Assembly: GCA_964573395.1 (NCBI GenBank)
Contig: CAZNJI010000003.1
Location: forward strand, 15,951 to 79,950
From: an uncultured Candidatus Saccharibacteria bacterium
Lineage (GTDB): Bacteria > Patescibacteriota > Minisyncoccia > Phycocordibacterales > UBA9973
Direction of reading: 5' to 3'
DNA: 64,000 nt
Part shown: positions 18,479 through 27,959 of the stretch, piece after piece
Layout: each line of letters opens with the position of its first letter
Position numbering within the stretch: position 1 is the stretch's first letter
Position numbers and translations under genes: made by a program
Notes under the pieces: model-generated
The model's database searches: none
Seen by the model: only the letters and a program-made list of their open reading frames with translations
What the model was told of the DNA's origin: nothing

Positions 18479-19036
18479 TTATTCTGATTTCAATTTATAG
18501 ACAGAAACCGTTGCAGGACGAAGTACTGAATTACGGTAGAGATACCCGGGCTTCAGCACCGTGGCTATCATTCCATCAAGGTCAGGATTATCTGTTTGTG
18601 TTTCAGCTACCGCTTCGTGCCGATTCGGATCGAATGGTTTCCCTATGTCTACAAATGATGAAAGGCCTCGTGACTCTAAAATTCCTTTCAGCTGTCCGTG
18701 GATGTATTCAACGCCGAGTCTCCAGTTCTGGTCGACGGCCTCCCATGTCTCTTTATTATTGAAGGCGAAGTAAAAACTGTCAAGAACGGGAATGAGGTCA
18801 TCGAAAAGTGATTCTTCGGCAATCGTTTTAGCGCGGATTTTTACTTCTTCAATTTGCTTTTGCAAGTTTGCATAATCGGCTCGAGATCGCTGCCAGCCGT
18901 CTAAGTACTCCTGGCGCTCTTTTTTAAGTGCCTTTAATTCTTCACGAAGTGATTTTAGCTTGTTATCCGAACCAAATGCCGCCCCCTCTTCATCGCTCGG
19001 TTCGAATGCAACATCATCTCTATTCTCATCTTCCAT
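18479..19036 (-). CDS. grpE: Nucleotide exchange factor GrpE
   Basis: Coiled-coil N-terminus and a conserved GrpE C-terminal domain (...GMIATVLKPGY...). The track start at 19075 is TTG; the ATG is at 19036. Confidence 0.8.
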   Translation of the reverse strand: MEDENRDDVAFEPSDEEGAAFGSDNKLKSLREELKALKKERQEYLDGWQRSRADYANLQKQIEEVKIRAKTIAEESLFDDLIPVLDSFYFAFNNKETWEAVDQNWRLGVEYIHGQLKGILESRGLSSFVDIGKPFDPNRHEAVAETQTDNPDLDGMIATVLKPGYLYRNSVLRPATVSVYKLKSE

Positions 19037-19105
19037 CCCATTAGAGAGCACACAAACTATATCTGTTGTATGCAAATTTAGTGTTATAAATCGACTTTTT
19101 ATTTA

Positions 19106-19134
19106 TCCCGTTTTACCCTATGCTCCTAACGGGA
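19106..19134. promoter_or_regulatory. Inverted repeat TCCCGTT-N15-AACGGGA upstream of grpE
   Basis: 7-bp perfect arms lying between the putative promoter and the grpE start codon. Not the canonical CIRCE or HAIR sequence. Confidence 0.3.
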
Positions 19135-19164
19135 CAGGTACGATTGAGTATACTTATTTTTCAC

Positions 19165-19200
19165 AATAAAAAAAGAGCCGGTTATGGCTCAATATTTTTT
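19165..19200 (-). terminator. Intrinsic terminator downstream of the gene at 19182-19418
   Basis: The hairpin GAGCCATAACCGGCTC is followed by TTTTTTT on the minus strand. Confidence 0.5.
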
Positions 19201-19418
19201 CTTTCAGTTAATCTTTGATGGAACGTCAGCCTTCTGCAACATGCGCACCACTCAAGCCGCGGGCTCTTTTTATCAAATTCAGGGACAAAAAAGGTGTTTG
19301 GCTCGCTTTTACATTCATTGCAATAATCGAAGACTTCTATTTGTTTTGCAGGTTTCGTAAAATCAAAGTTAAGTATTGGCTTCGGTGTATGTTCCACGAT
19401 TTTCGATGGATTATACAT
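19182..19418 (-). CDS. Hypothetical small Cys-rich (zinc-ribbon-like) protein
   Basis: Carries CNEC...CACC. ATG at 19418; the longer GTG-start ORF would overlap rpsI. Confidence 0.35.
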   Translation of the reverse strand: MYNPSKIVEHTPKPILNFDFTKPAKQIEVFDYCNECKSEPNTFFVPEFDKKSPRLEWCACCRRLTFHQRLTERKNIEP

Positions 19419-19453
19419 TGTTTTGGAAAACAAAAAAGCCCTTCTGGACTTTT

Positions 19454-19858
19454 TTATCGCTTGCTCCACTGTGGCGACTTTCGAGCTTTTTTGAGACCGA
19501 ACTTGCGGCGCTCTTTCACTCGCGGATCGCGCTTCAGGAATCCCGCACGCTTCAGTTTCGTTTTCGACTCTTCATCTTCGGCAACGAGTACGCGGGCAAT
19601 GCCGTGGCGGATTGCCTCTGCCTGGCTCTGGATGCCTCCGCCGTTCACGCGGACAGACACTTCGTAGTGCTTCGCCTCAACGGTGGTAAACGCATCGGTT
19701 ACTACCTTTTGGAGCTGTGCGGTCGGAAAGTACGATGCGAGATCTTTTCCGTTAATGTCGTAACTGCTCTTTGCGCTTGCAGAGAGCCGAACGCGGGCCG
19801 TTGCCGTTTTTCTGCGTCCTACTGCTTCAGTATAATTTTTCTTTTTCCGTTCTACCAT
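19454..19858 (-). CDS. rpsI: 30S ribosomal protein S9
   Basis: The C-terminus ...GGGIQSQAEAIRHGIARVL...KRAGFLKRDPRVKERRKFGLKKARK is canonical S9. Confidence 0.9.
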   Translation of the reverse strand: MVERKKKNYTEAVGRRKTATARVRLSASAKSSYDINGKDLASYFPTAQLQKVVTDAFTTVEAKHYEVSVRVNGGGIQSQAEAIRHGIARVLVAEDEESKTKLKRAGFLKRDPRVKERRKFGLKKARKSPQWSKR

Positions 19859-19865
19859 ATATCTA

Positions 19866-20210
19866 TTACTCAGTAACGATGAGCTGCTTCATCATTTCGT
19901 TTTTAAGCTTATTGTCGGGAAGCATGCCTTTTACCGCTTTCCGGATCACTTCGCTGTACCCTTTTTTGGTAATGACCGCCGCAAGCGTTTCAACTTTCTG
20001 CCCGCCCGGGTACCCGGAATAGCGCACGTATTTTTTTTCAAGCAGTTTCGGCGCCGCGATTTTGAGCTTGCTTGCATTCGTTACTGCAACCGTATTTCCT
20101 GATACGCGATTGCGCACAAAGGTAGCCTGCCCCTTTCCCATGAGCTTCGCTGCCACGTCAGTGGCGAGGCGGCCGATTGTTTTTCCAGTTGCGTCTACGG
20201 TGTAATTCAT
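19866..20210 (-). CDS. rplM: 50S ribosomal protein L13
   Basis: MNYTVDATGKTIGRLATDVAAKLMGK matches the L13 N-terminus. The rplM-rpsI pair is conserved. Confidence 0.9.
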   Translation of the reverse strand: MNYTVDATGKTIGRLATDVAAKLMGKGQATFVRNRVSGNTVAVTNASKLKIAAPKLLEKKYVRYSGYPGGQKVETLAAVITKKGYSEVIRKAVKGMLPDNKLKNEMMKQLIVTE

Positions 20211-20240
20211 AATTCAGTGCTTGTGATGGTATCAAAATAA

Positions 20241-20594
20241 TTAAACGAATTCAATAACGGCCATTTTGCTCGCATCTCCCTGGCGAGGGGTAAGCTTCAC
20301 GATGCGCGTGTAGCCGCCTTTGCGCTCGCTGTAACGCGGCGCGATGGAATCGACAAGTTTCTTTACTGCCGTTTCGTGATTGTAGAGCGACTTCAACAAC
20401 AGGCGCCGGGTGGCAAGCGTTGGATTCTTCGCCTTCGTTACCATTTTTTCTATCTTCGGACGAAGCTCTTTTGCCTTCGCTTCAGTGGTCGTAATACGCT
20501 CGTTTTTAATAAGCGACTCAACCAGCCCTTTCATAAGAGCGCTGCGCTGATTTTTTGATCGTCCAAATTTTCTGTTTGCGTCGTGATGTCTCAT
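20241..20594 (-). CDS. rplQ: 50S ribosomal protein L17
   Basis: MRHHDANRKFGRSKNQRSALMKGLVESLI matches the L17 N-terminus. Confidence 0.9.
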   Translation of the reverse strand: MRHHDANRKFGRSKNQRSALMKGLVESLIKNERITTTEAKAKELRPKIEKMVTKAKNPTLATRRLLLKSLYNHETAVKKLVDSIAPRYSERKGGYTRIVKLTPRQGDASKMAVIEFV

Positions 20595-20614
20595 GTCAGT
20601 ACAATAAAACCCGA

Positions 20615-21610
20615 TTAATCCTTGAGCGTAAGATTGAAAGCGGCAAGCACTTTCTTTATTTCTTGAATTCCCTTCTCTCCGATGCCTTCGATTTCCAAAA
20701 GATCGTCAACGTGCTTTCGCGCAACGCCGCCGACGGTTCGAATGTTTGCCGCAGAAAGCGCGTTGAGCGTTCGAGTTGAAAGGCCAAGCGAATCGATGCG
20801 CGTTTTGAGCACGTCGGTAATGTCGGCAGATGATTCTTCAGATGCCGCCTCCGCTTCCGGAGTCGTTTCTGGAGCCGCCTGCGCGCCAAGTTCTGCCTGT
20901 ATGTCGGCAATAACCTTGCCGCTATCAACTTCAACGACCGCAGCAAGCTGTTCAATCATGGTTTTCACCGATTGTTCGAGCGCTTCGCGCGGAGCAATCG
21001 TACCGTCAGTTTCAATAACGAGGCGGATGCGGTTATAGTTGGTTTTGTCCCCTACGCGCATGTCCTCAACATCGTAGCTCACGCGGCGGATCGGAGAAAA
21101 AATCGCATCGGTAAAAATGGTGCCGATCTCAGCTTTCTCTTTTTGGTGCTGTTCGCGCGTCACGAACCCGCGGCCTTTTTCGATCGTAAGCTCCATTGAG
21201 AGCGCCGCCTTACTGGTGATTTCGCAAATGTACTGGTCGGTATTAACCACTTCAACCTGTCCGGAAGTTTTGAGGTCTGCCGCAGTAATGATTTTCGGAC
21301 CCTTCACTTCAAGAGTAACTTTAACCGGTTCGTCTCCGACGACGGCAAAACGAATGTTTTTTAAATGCAGTAAAATGGTAATGACGTCTTCTTTTACTCC
21401 GTCAATCGTTGAAAATTCATGGCTGACGCCGTCGATTTTTACAGCAGTAACCGCAGAACCCTGCAAAGATGAGAGAATGATTCGTCGAAGTGAATTTGCC
21501 AGCGTATAGCCGTATCCTGGGTAGAGGCCGTCGATCTCATAGATGCCTTTGAATTTCTCTTCAAGTATCGCTTTTGGCTTGGATGGTAGAATGATGTTGT
21601 GCTCGCTCAT
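20615..21610 (-). CDS. rpoA: DNA-directed RNA polymerase subunit alpha
   Basis: 331 aa with the GYGYTLANSLRRILLSSL motif of the alpha N-terminal domain, and a C-terminal alpha-CTD. Confidence 0.9.
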   Translation of the reverse strand: MSEHNIILPSKPKAILEEKFKGIYEIDGLYPGYGYTLANSLRRIILSSLQGSAVTAVKIDGVSHEFSTIDGVKEDVITILLHLKNIRFAVVGDEPVKVTLEVKGPKIITAADLKTSGQVEVVNTDQYICEITSKAALSMELTIEKGRGFVTREQHQKEKAEIGTIFTDAIFSPIRRVSYDVEDMRVGDKTNYNRIRLVIETDGTIAPREALEQSVKTMIEQLAAVVEVDSGKVIADIQAELGAQAAPETTPEAEAASEESSADITDVLKTRIDSLGLSTRTLNALSAANIRTVGGVARKHVDDLLEIEGIGEKGIQEIKKVLAAFNLTLKD

Positions 21611-21658
21611 AGTCCTATATAATACAATTAATTATTAAAAATATCAATACCTTCTCTC

Positions 21659-22264
21659 CTATCGGCTATAAAACTCAAGCACGGTATCAAGCTTGAGGAA
21701 CTGATCATCATGCTTCGCCTTTTCTTTCACCGTCGCCTTGAGCTGTGCAGGTTCAAGGGTGAGCCATGAAGGCCAAGTGTAGCTCTGTACCTTCTTTTCA
21801 AAATCAGTAAACATTGCAGACGTTCGGCTACCATCGCGAACCGCAACAACGTCTCCCGGGCGAACCTGATAACTCGGTACGGTAATTTTCTTGCCGTTCA
21901 CCGTCAGGTGGCCATGGGAAACCATCTGTCGGGTGAACCGGCGGGTATTCCCGAATCCGAGCCGGTAGGCAACGTTATCAAGGCGAGATTCAAGAAGTTC
22001 GTAAAGTTTTTCCACCACTGGCATGCCTTTCACTTGCGTCGCTTCTTTCACGTAATTTGAAAGCTGGCGCTCCGAAATGCCGTACGTAAAGCGCACTTTC
22101 TGTTTTTCAAGAAGCTGCGCGCCGTAGTCTGAAGGAGCTTTTGCCCGTTTTCCAGACGAACGAGCCTTCCGCCCTTCAGATTGGACGAATTTCTGCGTTT
22201 GGCATTTTTCATATATCGGCGCCCCGAGACGGCGGCAAATTTTATACTGTGGTTTGTTTTTCAT
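21659..22264 (-). CDS. rpsD: 30S ribosomal protein S4
   Basis: KICRRLGAPIYEK... plus an S4 RNA-binding domain. 201 aa. Confidence 0.9.
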   Translation of the reverse strand: MKNKPQYKICRRLGAPIYEKCQTQKFVQSEGRKARSSGKRAKAPSDYGAQLLEKQKVRFTYGISERQLSNYVKEATQVKGMPVVEKLYELLESRLDNVAYRLGFGNTRRFTRQMVSHGHLTVNGKKITVPSYQVRPGDVVAVRDGSRTSAMFTDFEKKVQSYTWPSWLTLEPAQLKATVKEKAKHDDQFLKLDTVLEFYSR

Positions 22265-22267
22265 AGG

Positions 22268-22702
22268 CTATACTCGTCGCGGCTTTTTCGGCTTCGGGCC
22301 ATTATGCGGAACCGGAGTTTTGTCTTTAATGGATAAAAGGTCGATACCGGTAGCTACGAATGCTCGAACGAGCGGTTCGCGGCCGCTTCCCACCCCTTTC
22401 ACCACTGCATGCACTTCTTTGATGCCGGCGGTCGTTGCCTTTTCAGCTAAGATTTCTCCAACTTTTGAAGCGGCAAACGGCGTGCCCTTCTTCGCTCCTT
22501 TAAATCCAAGACTGCCGCTTGAAGACCAGAACAGGACGTTTCCTTTTGTGTCTGACACAATCGCCTTTGTATTGTTAAAAGTCGCTTCCACCGCAAGCTG
22601 TGCCGTAGTAATTTTCTTCTTTGGCAGGCGCGACGTAGCGCGAGTGCGCTTATCCGCATCTACCAACTGACCTTCTTGAGTTGCAATTCGTTTCTTACCC
22701 AT
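22268..22702 (-). CDS. rpsK: 30S ribosomal protein S11
   Basis: FNNTKAIVSDTKGNVLFWSSSGSLGFKGAKKGTPFAA is canonical S11. Confidence 0.9.
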   Translation of the reverse strand: MGKKRIATQEGQLVDADKRTRATSRLPKKKITTAQLAVEATFNNTKAIVSDTKGNVLFWSSSGSLGFKGAKKGTPFAASKVGEILAEKATTAGIKEVHAVVKGVGSGREPLVRAFVATGIDLLSIKDKTPVPHNGPKPKKPRRV

Positions 22703-22712
22703 ATGTTATAGA

Positions 22713-23093
22713 TTATGTCTTTGTTTCCTTACGGCGACCGCTGCCCATGGTTGCTCGAACGTTTCCGCGAACAGTACGGGAATTAGTCTTCGTTCGCTGA
22801 CCTTTCACTGGCAGGCGGCGCATGTGCCGGACGCCACGATACGCTTTAATATCTTTTAATCGCTTAATATTTGCAGAAATTTCGCGCTTAAGATTTCCTT
22901 CGATCTTCATTTCCTCGATTGCTTTCCGAATCGCATTTTCCTCGTCGATTGAGAGGTCCTTTGCTTTCTTGCCGAAATCAACCTTAACCTCTTTGAGAAC
23001 TGACCGAGCAGTCGAATACCCAACGCCATACACGCTCGTGAGTGCAAACTCGAGACGCTTGTCGTTTGGGATGGTGATACCTGAAATACGCAT
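22713..23093 (-). CDS. rpsM: 30S ribosomal protein S13
   Basis: MRISGITIPNDKRLEFALTSVYGVGYSTARSVL is canonical S13. Confidence 0.9.
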   Translation of the reverse strand: MRISGITIPNDKRLEFALTSVYGVGYSTARSVLKEVKVDFGKKAKDLSIDEENAIRKAIEEMKIEGNLKREISANIKRLKDIKAYRGVRHMRRLPVKGQRTKTNSRTVRGNVRATMGSGRRKETKT

Positions 23094-23098
23094 ACTAT

Positions 23099-23209
23099 TT
23101 ACTGTTTCTGCTTATGCTTCGGATTCGAACATATGACAAAAAGATGGTTGCCGCGCTTAACCATTTTGCATTTGTCACACATTTTTTTTACCGTTGCTCT
23201 TACTTTCAT
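23099..23209 (-). CDS. rpmJ: 50S ribosomal protein L36
   Basis: A 36-aa ORF absent from the ORF track: [36 protein letters not shown], with a CxxC...C...H zinc-ribbon. It sits exactly between infA and rpsM, as in the conserved operon. Confidence 0.8.
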   Translation of the reverse strand: MKVRATVKKMCDKCKMVKRGNHLFVICSNPKHKQKQ

Positions 23210-23268
23210 AAATATAGAATCGGGGAATAAAAAAGCGCTCTTTCAAAAGCTGGGGAATTATACACGAT

Positions 23269-23481
23269 TTAATTTCTTTTGACAATACGGCCTTTTCCCC
23301 CGTACGGATCGGCTACCAATTCGACAGAATCGCCCACTAAAACCTTGATTCGGTGGAGGCGCATCTTCCCGGCAAGATAGGCCAGAATAACACTGCCGTC
23401 TTCCAGCTGTACGCGGAAGAGCGTGCTTGGCAATGCTTCTTGGATGATACCTTTTACTGTCTTCTCTGCTTCTGCCCCCAT
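23269..23481 (-). CDS. infA: Translation initiation factor IF-1
   Basis: 70-aa S1-like OB fold (...FRVQLEDGSVILAYLAGKMRLHRIKVLVGDSVELVADPYGGKGRIVKR). Confidence 0.9.
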   Translation of the reverse strand: MGAEAEKTVKGIIQEALPSTLFRVQLEDGSVILAYLAGKMRLHRIKVLVGDSVELVADPYGGKGRIVKRN

Positions 23482-23530
23482 GAGCTTTGTAGGCTTTAAT
23501 AATAAGAAATATTTTGAATTATGTCAAACG

Positions 23531-23557
23531 TAATCCAAATCTTCTTACTTTTTTGCC
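23531..23557. repeat. Near-perfect 27-bp AT-rich palindrome CTTACTTTTTTGCCGGAAAAAAGTAAG in the infA leader region
   Basis: 11-bp arms are exact reverse complements around a GCCGG centre. Confidence 0.4.
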
Positions 23558-23739
23558 GGAAAAAAGTAAGTAAAAAGCCTCTGCCCCTCACCCTGATGCA
23601 TACTCACGAGGCTTGCATTCGCTAACCCTCATAACTTGCTTCGCTTCGAACAGATTCGGTTTTCTTTGCAAGAACGCTCATGCTCGCCGGTTCGTATCTG
23701 GCACCAGGATTCAAGGGCATTTTAAATTCATTAGTAACA

Positions 23740-25014
23740 CTACCGGACGATTATTTTAATCGATTCGGTTTTTGATGGGAAATACGGAGTCCAAAATGGG
23801 ATTTTTCGGTACATTGCCTCAAGAACACTCGGGAAGGCTTTCATCGCTTCATCGAACGATCTGAACGGCTTTCCAACAACTGCCGCCTTCACCTTTTCTT
23901 CGTCTACAGAACCAACCAGCGTTCCGGTTCCCGAAATCTTAATGGTGAGCTCTTGTGGAATAGTAGCCGTTTCAAGCGGCAGCAGGCTCACCGGCTCAAC
24001 CACTAATGCGGCAAAATCGGGAATTCTATATGTTCCCCCTTTCTCGATGCCTGGGTTATTTTGCAGCGCTTCACCCGCTACCGCAGTAGCCAGCGGCTCT
24101 TCCGGAAATAGATACAACACCAGCGTGCCTGAAAGCGTTACCGGAAACTTAATGCTCGGGTTTTTCAAATTTACCGAAGCGGTATCGAATACGACAAACT
24201 GCAGATCGGGGAAACTGATGAATCCTTTTGGAATCTGAGCCCGCGCCTGGCGCTTCAGTTTTTCGGTAAGCAGCTGCTGCAAGACGTCGATAATCTGCTC
24301 TTTATTATCCTCCGTTACGGTATGTACCATGCCGCTTTCGCCTCCCGTGATCGATCCGCTCGAACGAGCGTACACTTTCGTCTTTCGGTCGCCGGTATAG
24401 CCCACGACGGTAAACGTTGTTCCCTCTACGTTGTAGTCGCTTCCGACTGCAGCCGCAGTTACCTGTACCGGATTCGACGTCCCCGCAATCCGGGTGCCTG
24501 CCTCTGTTTTAAATCCTGGAATCGTAATATCCGCGGCGGTAACGTAGCGCTTTCCAGTTGCCGCCTGAATCGTCGTTCCTTTTTTAATGACGAGCGGCTT
24601 TGAAGAATATTCATTGAAAAATGCAACCCGGCCGCTCGCTTTTACGTACGATTCAACCAGCTTATCGCCGATAATTTCCCTTGAAACGTCGCCCTTAAGC
24701 ACCATTGCCTGAAAATGAAGCGGCTCATTCGGAGCAACTTGCTCATGCGGCACAGTAATGAGCGAATCATCCAACGTAACGGCAACTTTCCGCGGCGTAA
24801 TAGTTACCGTTGCGCGCGAGTAAAGAATGCCAAGAAAGAAGAATCCTCCGGCCGCAAGCACGGCAATGGCAATACCGAAGAGTGTTCGAAAACGGTGCCG
24901 GCGTGGCGGATGGGTTTGGGGTGAGTCGTGACGGACAGGCTCATGCTCTACTACCGCATTAAGCTTCTTTCCTTTCTTTTCCCGCTCTTTGATTATTGCG
25001 TCGTATAATTTCAT
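23740..25014 (-). CDS. Hypothetical membrane-anchored extracytoplasmic protein
   Basis: 424 aa. A basic N-terminus, one TM helix (FGIAIAVLAAGGFFFLGILY), then a Thr/Gly/Val-rich beta-rich body. No recognisable domain. Confidence 0.45.
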   Translation of the reverse strand: MKLYDAIIKEREKKGKKLNAVVEHEPVRHDSPQTHPPRRHRFRTLFGIAIAVLAAGGFFFLGILYSRATVTITPRKVAVTLDDSLITVPHEQVAPNEPLHFQAMVLKGDVSREIIGDKLVESYVKASGRVAFFNEYSSKPLVIKKGTTIQAATGKRYVTAADITIPGFKTEAGTRIAGTSNPVQVTAAAVGSDYNVEGTTFTVVGYTGDRKTKVYARSSGSITGGESGMVHTVTEDNKEQIIDVLQQLLTEKLKRQARAQIPKGFISFPDLQFVVFDTASVNLKNPSIKFPVTLSGTLVLYLFPEEPLATAVAGEALQNNPGIEKGGTYRIPDFAALVVEPVSLLPLETATIPQELTIKISGTGTLVGSVDEEKVKAAVVGKPFRSFDEAMKAFPSVLEAMYRKIPFWTPYFPSKTESIKIIVR

Positions 25015-25018
25015 ATTC

Positions 25019-26194
25019 TTACCATTGCCGTTCTAAGAAAAGCGAACCTATGACGAGCGGCACATCGCTGCCGAAATTCTGGCCTAAAGATTCAACTAGC
25101 TGCTCGTCGAAAAACCTGACCTTCGGTGTTATTGCCGGCATCAAGTAGCCAAGCACCGGATCCTGCTCGATCGAATTCTGGAAAATGATTTCGTAGCGCG
25201 GATCGGTTACTATCAGCATATCTTCTGGAAGCGCAAAACCAAAGTGCCCCGTTTGCACTACTCCCTGCAATCCAATCTGCCACGACGCAATAAATGTCTG
25301 AAGCGCAATGTTAATCCGATTTTTCGCGGTAGCAGTTAAATGTTTATTTCGAAATGCAGCAAGGAGCGACTCGGCTTCGGCTAGCGTTTTGGTTCCATCG
25401 GCCATCAGTGTTCGAATGAGGCCGTAGGTTCCAATCGGAAACGAATGCTGGTAGAGGAACACGCCGTTTTTTATGAAGGCAACATCGGTAACCTCTTCGC
25501 CGACGTCGATAATGGTAAGCTCTTTCAATGGTTCGATGAAGTCGCGGAATGCCACAAATGCCGTGTATGCAGCCGTAGTAAAACCGAACGACTCAATGTG
25601 ATAATGCTTTCCCACGGCATCGCGAAGCCGCGTCAGAATGAGGTTTGGCGCAAAGGTTACGGTTACAGTAAGCTCGACTTCGGTAGCCTGTTTTCCGAAG
25701 GGGTTGCTTGAAGCGTACCCGTTGAGCCGTACCTGGGAAATTTGCCGTTCGATGATTTTCCCGTCTTTTCCGAACGGGCCAAATTTCTCAAGCTCGTGTT
25801 CAATGATATGCGAAATTTCTCGCTCAATCATTTCGTTCAAAAGGCGCTCGGTAAACACGAAAGGCGCATCTTTCCGCTGGACAATGGTTCTCGTCTGCGA
25901 GACATACCAGGGAGATGAAAGAACGAATTGCACGTAATCGGGGCGGTGCGTGTCGGCTTTTCCCAGCTCCGCCGCAACACGTTCAAGTGCCACGACAGTT
26001 TCGGTGATGAAGCGCTTGATATTGAGATCTTCCTTGAACTGCAAATTTACTCGGTGAGCAGCCAGGATGCTTGGTTTTTTTGCCTTGTCGAATCCTCGAT
26101 GCAGCATTGCGTGCGCGCCGCCAACGCTTCCGGAGCTAACGTCAAACAGTGCAACTACCCGCTCGCCTTTTTTTGCGCGAGAAAAAATTCCCAT
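25019..26194 (-). CDS. Actin-like ATPase (FtsA/PilM/Ppx-fold) protein
   Basis: An N-terminal VALFDVSSGSVGGA phosphate-1-like motif and IIDVGEEVTD (phosphate-2-like). 391 aa. Lies immediately upstream of the membrane protein at 23740-25014. Confidence 0.45.
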   Translation of the reverse strand: MGIFSRAKKGERVVALFDVSSGSVGGAHAMLHRGFDKAKKPSILAAHRVNLQFKEDLNIKRFITETVVALERVAAELGKADTHRPDYVQFVLSSPWYVSQTRTIVQRKDAPFVFTERLLNEMIEREISHIIEHELEKFGPFGKDGKIIERQISQVRLNGYASSNPFGKQATEVELTVTVTFAPNLILTRLRDAVGKHYHIESFGFTTAAYTAFVAFRDFIEPLKELTIIDVGEEVTDVAFIKNGVFLYQHSFPIGTYGLIRTLMADGTKTLAEAESLLAAFRNKHLTATAKNRINIALQTFIASWQIGLQGVVQTGHFGFALPEDMLIVTDPRYEIIFQNSIEQDPVLGYLMPAITPKVRFFDEQLVESLGQNFGSDVPLVIGSLFLERQW

Positions 26195-26246
26195 CCAATT
26201 AGTATATCAGCCTGAATTCGTATGGAGAAATTTTTAAACTTTTTTA

Positions 26247-27941
26247 TTACTGCAGAACTGCTTTGATGCGCCGAATTCCCTGCGAAGATGCCTCCTCTTT
26301 CAGAATTTTAAACGTTCCAAGAATGCCCGTGCGCTCAACGTGCGGCCCGCCGCAGAATTCAGCGCTAATGGCGCTACCCTCTCCATCAGCCGAAGGACAA
26401 ATAAAATAAACACTTACGATTTCCGGATATTTTGCGCCGAATTCCATCTCTGCTCCGATTTTTTCAGCTTCCGCCAAAGGCATTTCTCGCTTTACAACAT
26501 TATAGTCAGCCACAATCCATTCATTAACCAGCTTTTCAACAGCAGATTTTTCTTCATCAGTCATTTTTCTGTCGAACGAGAAATCTAACCGCAAGCGTTC
26601 TTCAGTAATATTACTTCCCCGCTGCTTCACGTCTTTTCCGAGCACTCGCTGGAGTGCCGCCAAGAGCAAGTGGTGTGCCGTATGAAGCTTTGTGGTCTGT
26701 TCGCTCGTATTTGCAAGCCCTCCTTTGAATTTCTGTTCCGCTCCGGTGCGAGACGCATCCTGGTGTGCTTTCATTTCCGTTTCAAATTTTTCTCGATTAA
26801 TTGCGATGCCTTTTTCTTTGGCTAATTCCTCAGTCAGTTCAATCGGAAAACCGTAGGTAGTGGCAAGAATGAACGGATCAGTGCCCTTTTCAAATTCTTT
26901 CAGTCCCTGTTGTAGAGTTAATCGGAATTTTGATTCTTCTGCCGCAAGATATGTTTCAAGTTTCGTTTCTACTTCCTTATAAGTATCCTTGTAAACACGA
27001 ATAAATAATCGGGCAATAAATCGCAAGGTTGTTTCTGTACCTCCAAAATTTAAACCAAGAATATCTGAATAGCGCACTGCCCGACGAATAAGTCTCCGTA
27101 AAATGTATCCTCTATCTTTATTTGAAGGAGTAACACCATCACCCAAAAGGAGAAGACATGTGCGAATATGGTCAGCAATAATTCTCGCTGAATGTTCGTT
27201 AAAGTTCTTGGAATTTTCCTTTATTAAATCTATTACTGAACTAAATAGATCTGTTTCGTACACATTTGAGACACCTACTGCTTGTACCAACAAACGCTCA
27301 AGGCCCATACCGGTATCAATACCTTTTGTCTCAAGCGGTATAAACGTTCCGTCTTTTGTTTTGTAGTACTCGTTGAAAACGATGTTCCATACCTCAACGC
27401 CATCGATGTAAATTTCAGTTGTCGGTCCGCATGGCCCCTCGTCTCCCGTCGGACCCCAGAAATTATCTTCTTTGTTATGTTCCCTGATAACGAGATTCGA
27501 ATCGATGCTCTGCCAAATGGCGCGCGATTCTTCATCTGCCGGAATGCCGCTTTCATCATCTTTAAAAATAGATACGTAATCGATTGCAAGGCCAAGCTCT
27601 TTCGTAATGAATTCATAGGCATAGGTAATTGCTTCTTTTTTCCAGTAGCCGCCAAAGGAAAAATTGCCGAGCATTTCAAAAAACGTCAGGTGCGTGTCAT
27701 CACCAACCTCTTCGATGTCGCCCGTTCGAACGCATTTTTGCACGGTTGCTACATTCTGAGCACCAAAATCAGCTTCCGCGTTTTTCTGGCCAGTGTAGTA
27801 AGGCTTGAATTGCTGCATGCCGGCAGTCGTAAAAAGAACGGATGGGTCATCCTTTGGAATAAGCGAAGCGCTCGGAAGCACTGTATGCCCTCGTTTCTCA
27901 AAAAAATCTAAAAATCGTTTTCGGAGTTCAGTACTGGTCAT
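26247..27941 (-). CDS. alaS: Alanyl-tRNA synthetase, short form
   Basis: N-terminal class II AlaRS catalytic motifs (FTTAGMQQFKP, GNFSFGGYWK, WGPTGDEGPCGPTTEIY) plus HxxxH...CGGPH editing-domain motifs. Only 564 aa. Confidence 0.85.
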   Translation of the reverse strand: MTSTELRKRFLDFFEKRGHTVLPSASLIPKDDPSVLFTTAGMQQFKPYYTGQKNAEADFGAQNVATVQKCVRTGDIEEVGDDTHLTFFEMLGNFSFGGYWKKEAITYAYEFITKELGLAIDYVSIFKDDESGIPADEESRAIWQSIDSNLVIREHNKEDNFWGPTGDEGPCGPTTEIYIDGVEVWNIVFNEYYKTKDGTFIPLETKGIDTGMGLERLLVQAVGVSNVYETDLFSSVIDLIKENSKNFNEHSARIIADHIRTCLLLLGDGVTPSNKDRGYILRRLIRRAVRYSDILGLNFGGTETTLRFIARLFIRVYKDTYKEVETKLETYLAAEESKFRLTLQQGLKEFEKGTDPFILATTYGFPIELTEELAKEKGIAINREKFETEMKAHQDASRTGAEQKFKGGLANTSEQTTKLHTAHHLLLAALQRVLGKDVKQRGSNITEERLRLDFSFDRKMTDEEKSAVEKLVNEWIVADYNVVKREMPLAEAEKIGAEMEFGAKYPEIVSVYFICPSADGEGSAISAEFCGGPHVERTGILGTFKILKEEASSQGIRRIKAVLQ

Positions 27942-27959
27942 AAAAAATTACGTATGTTT

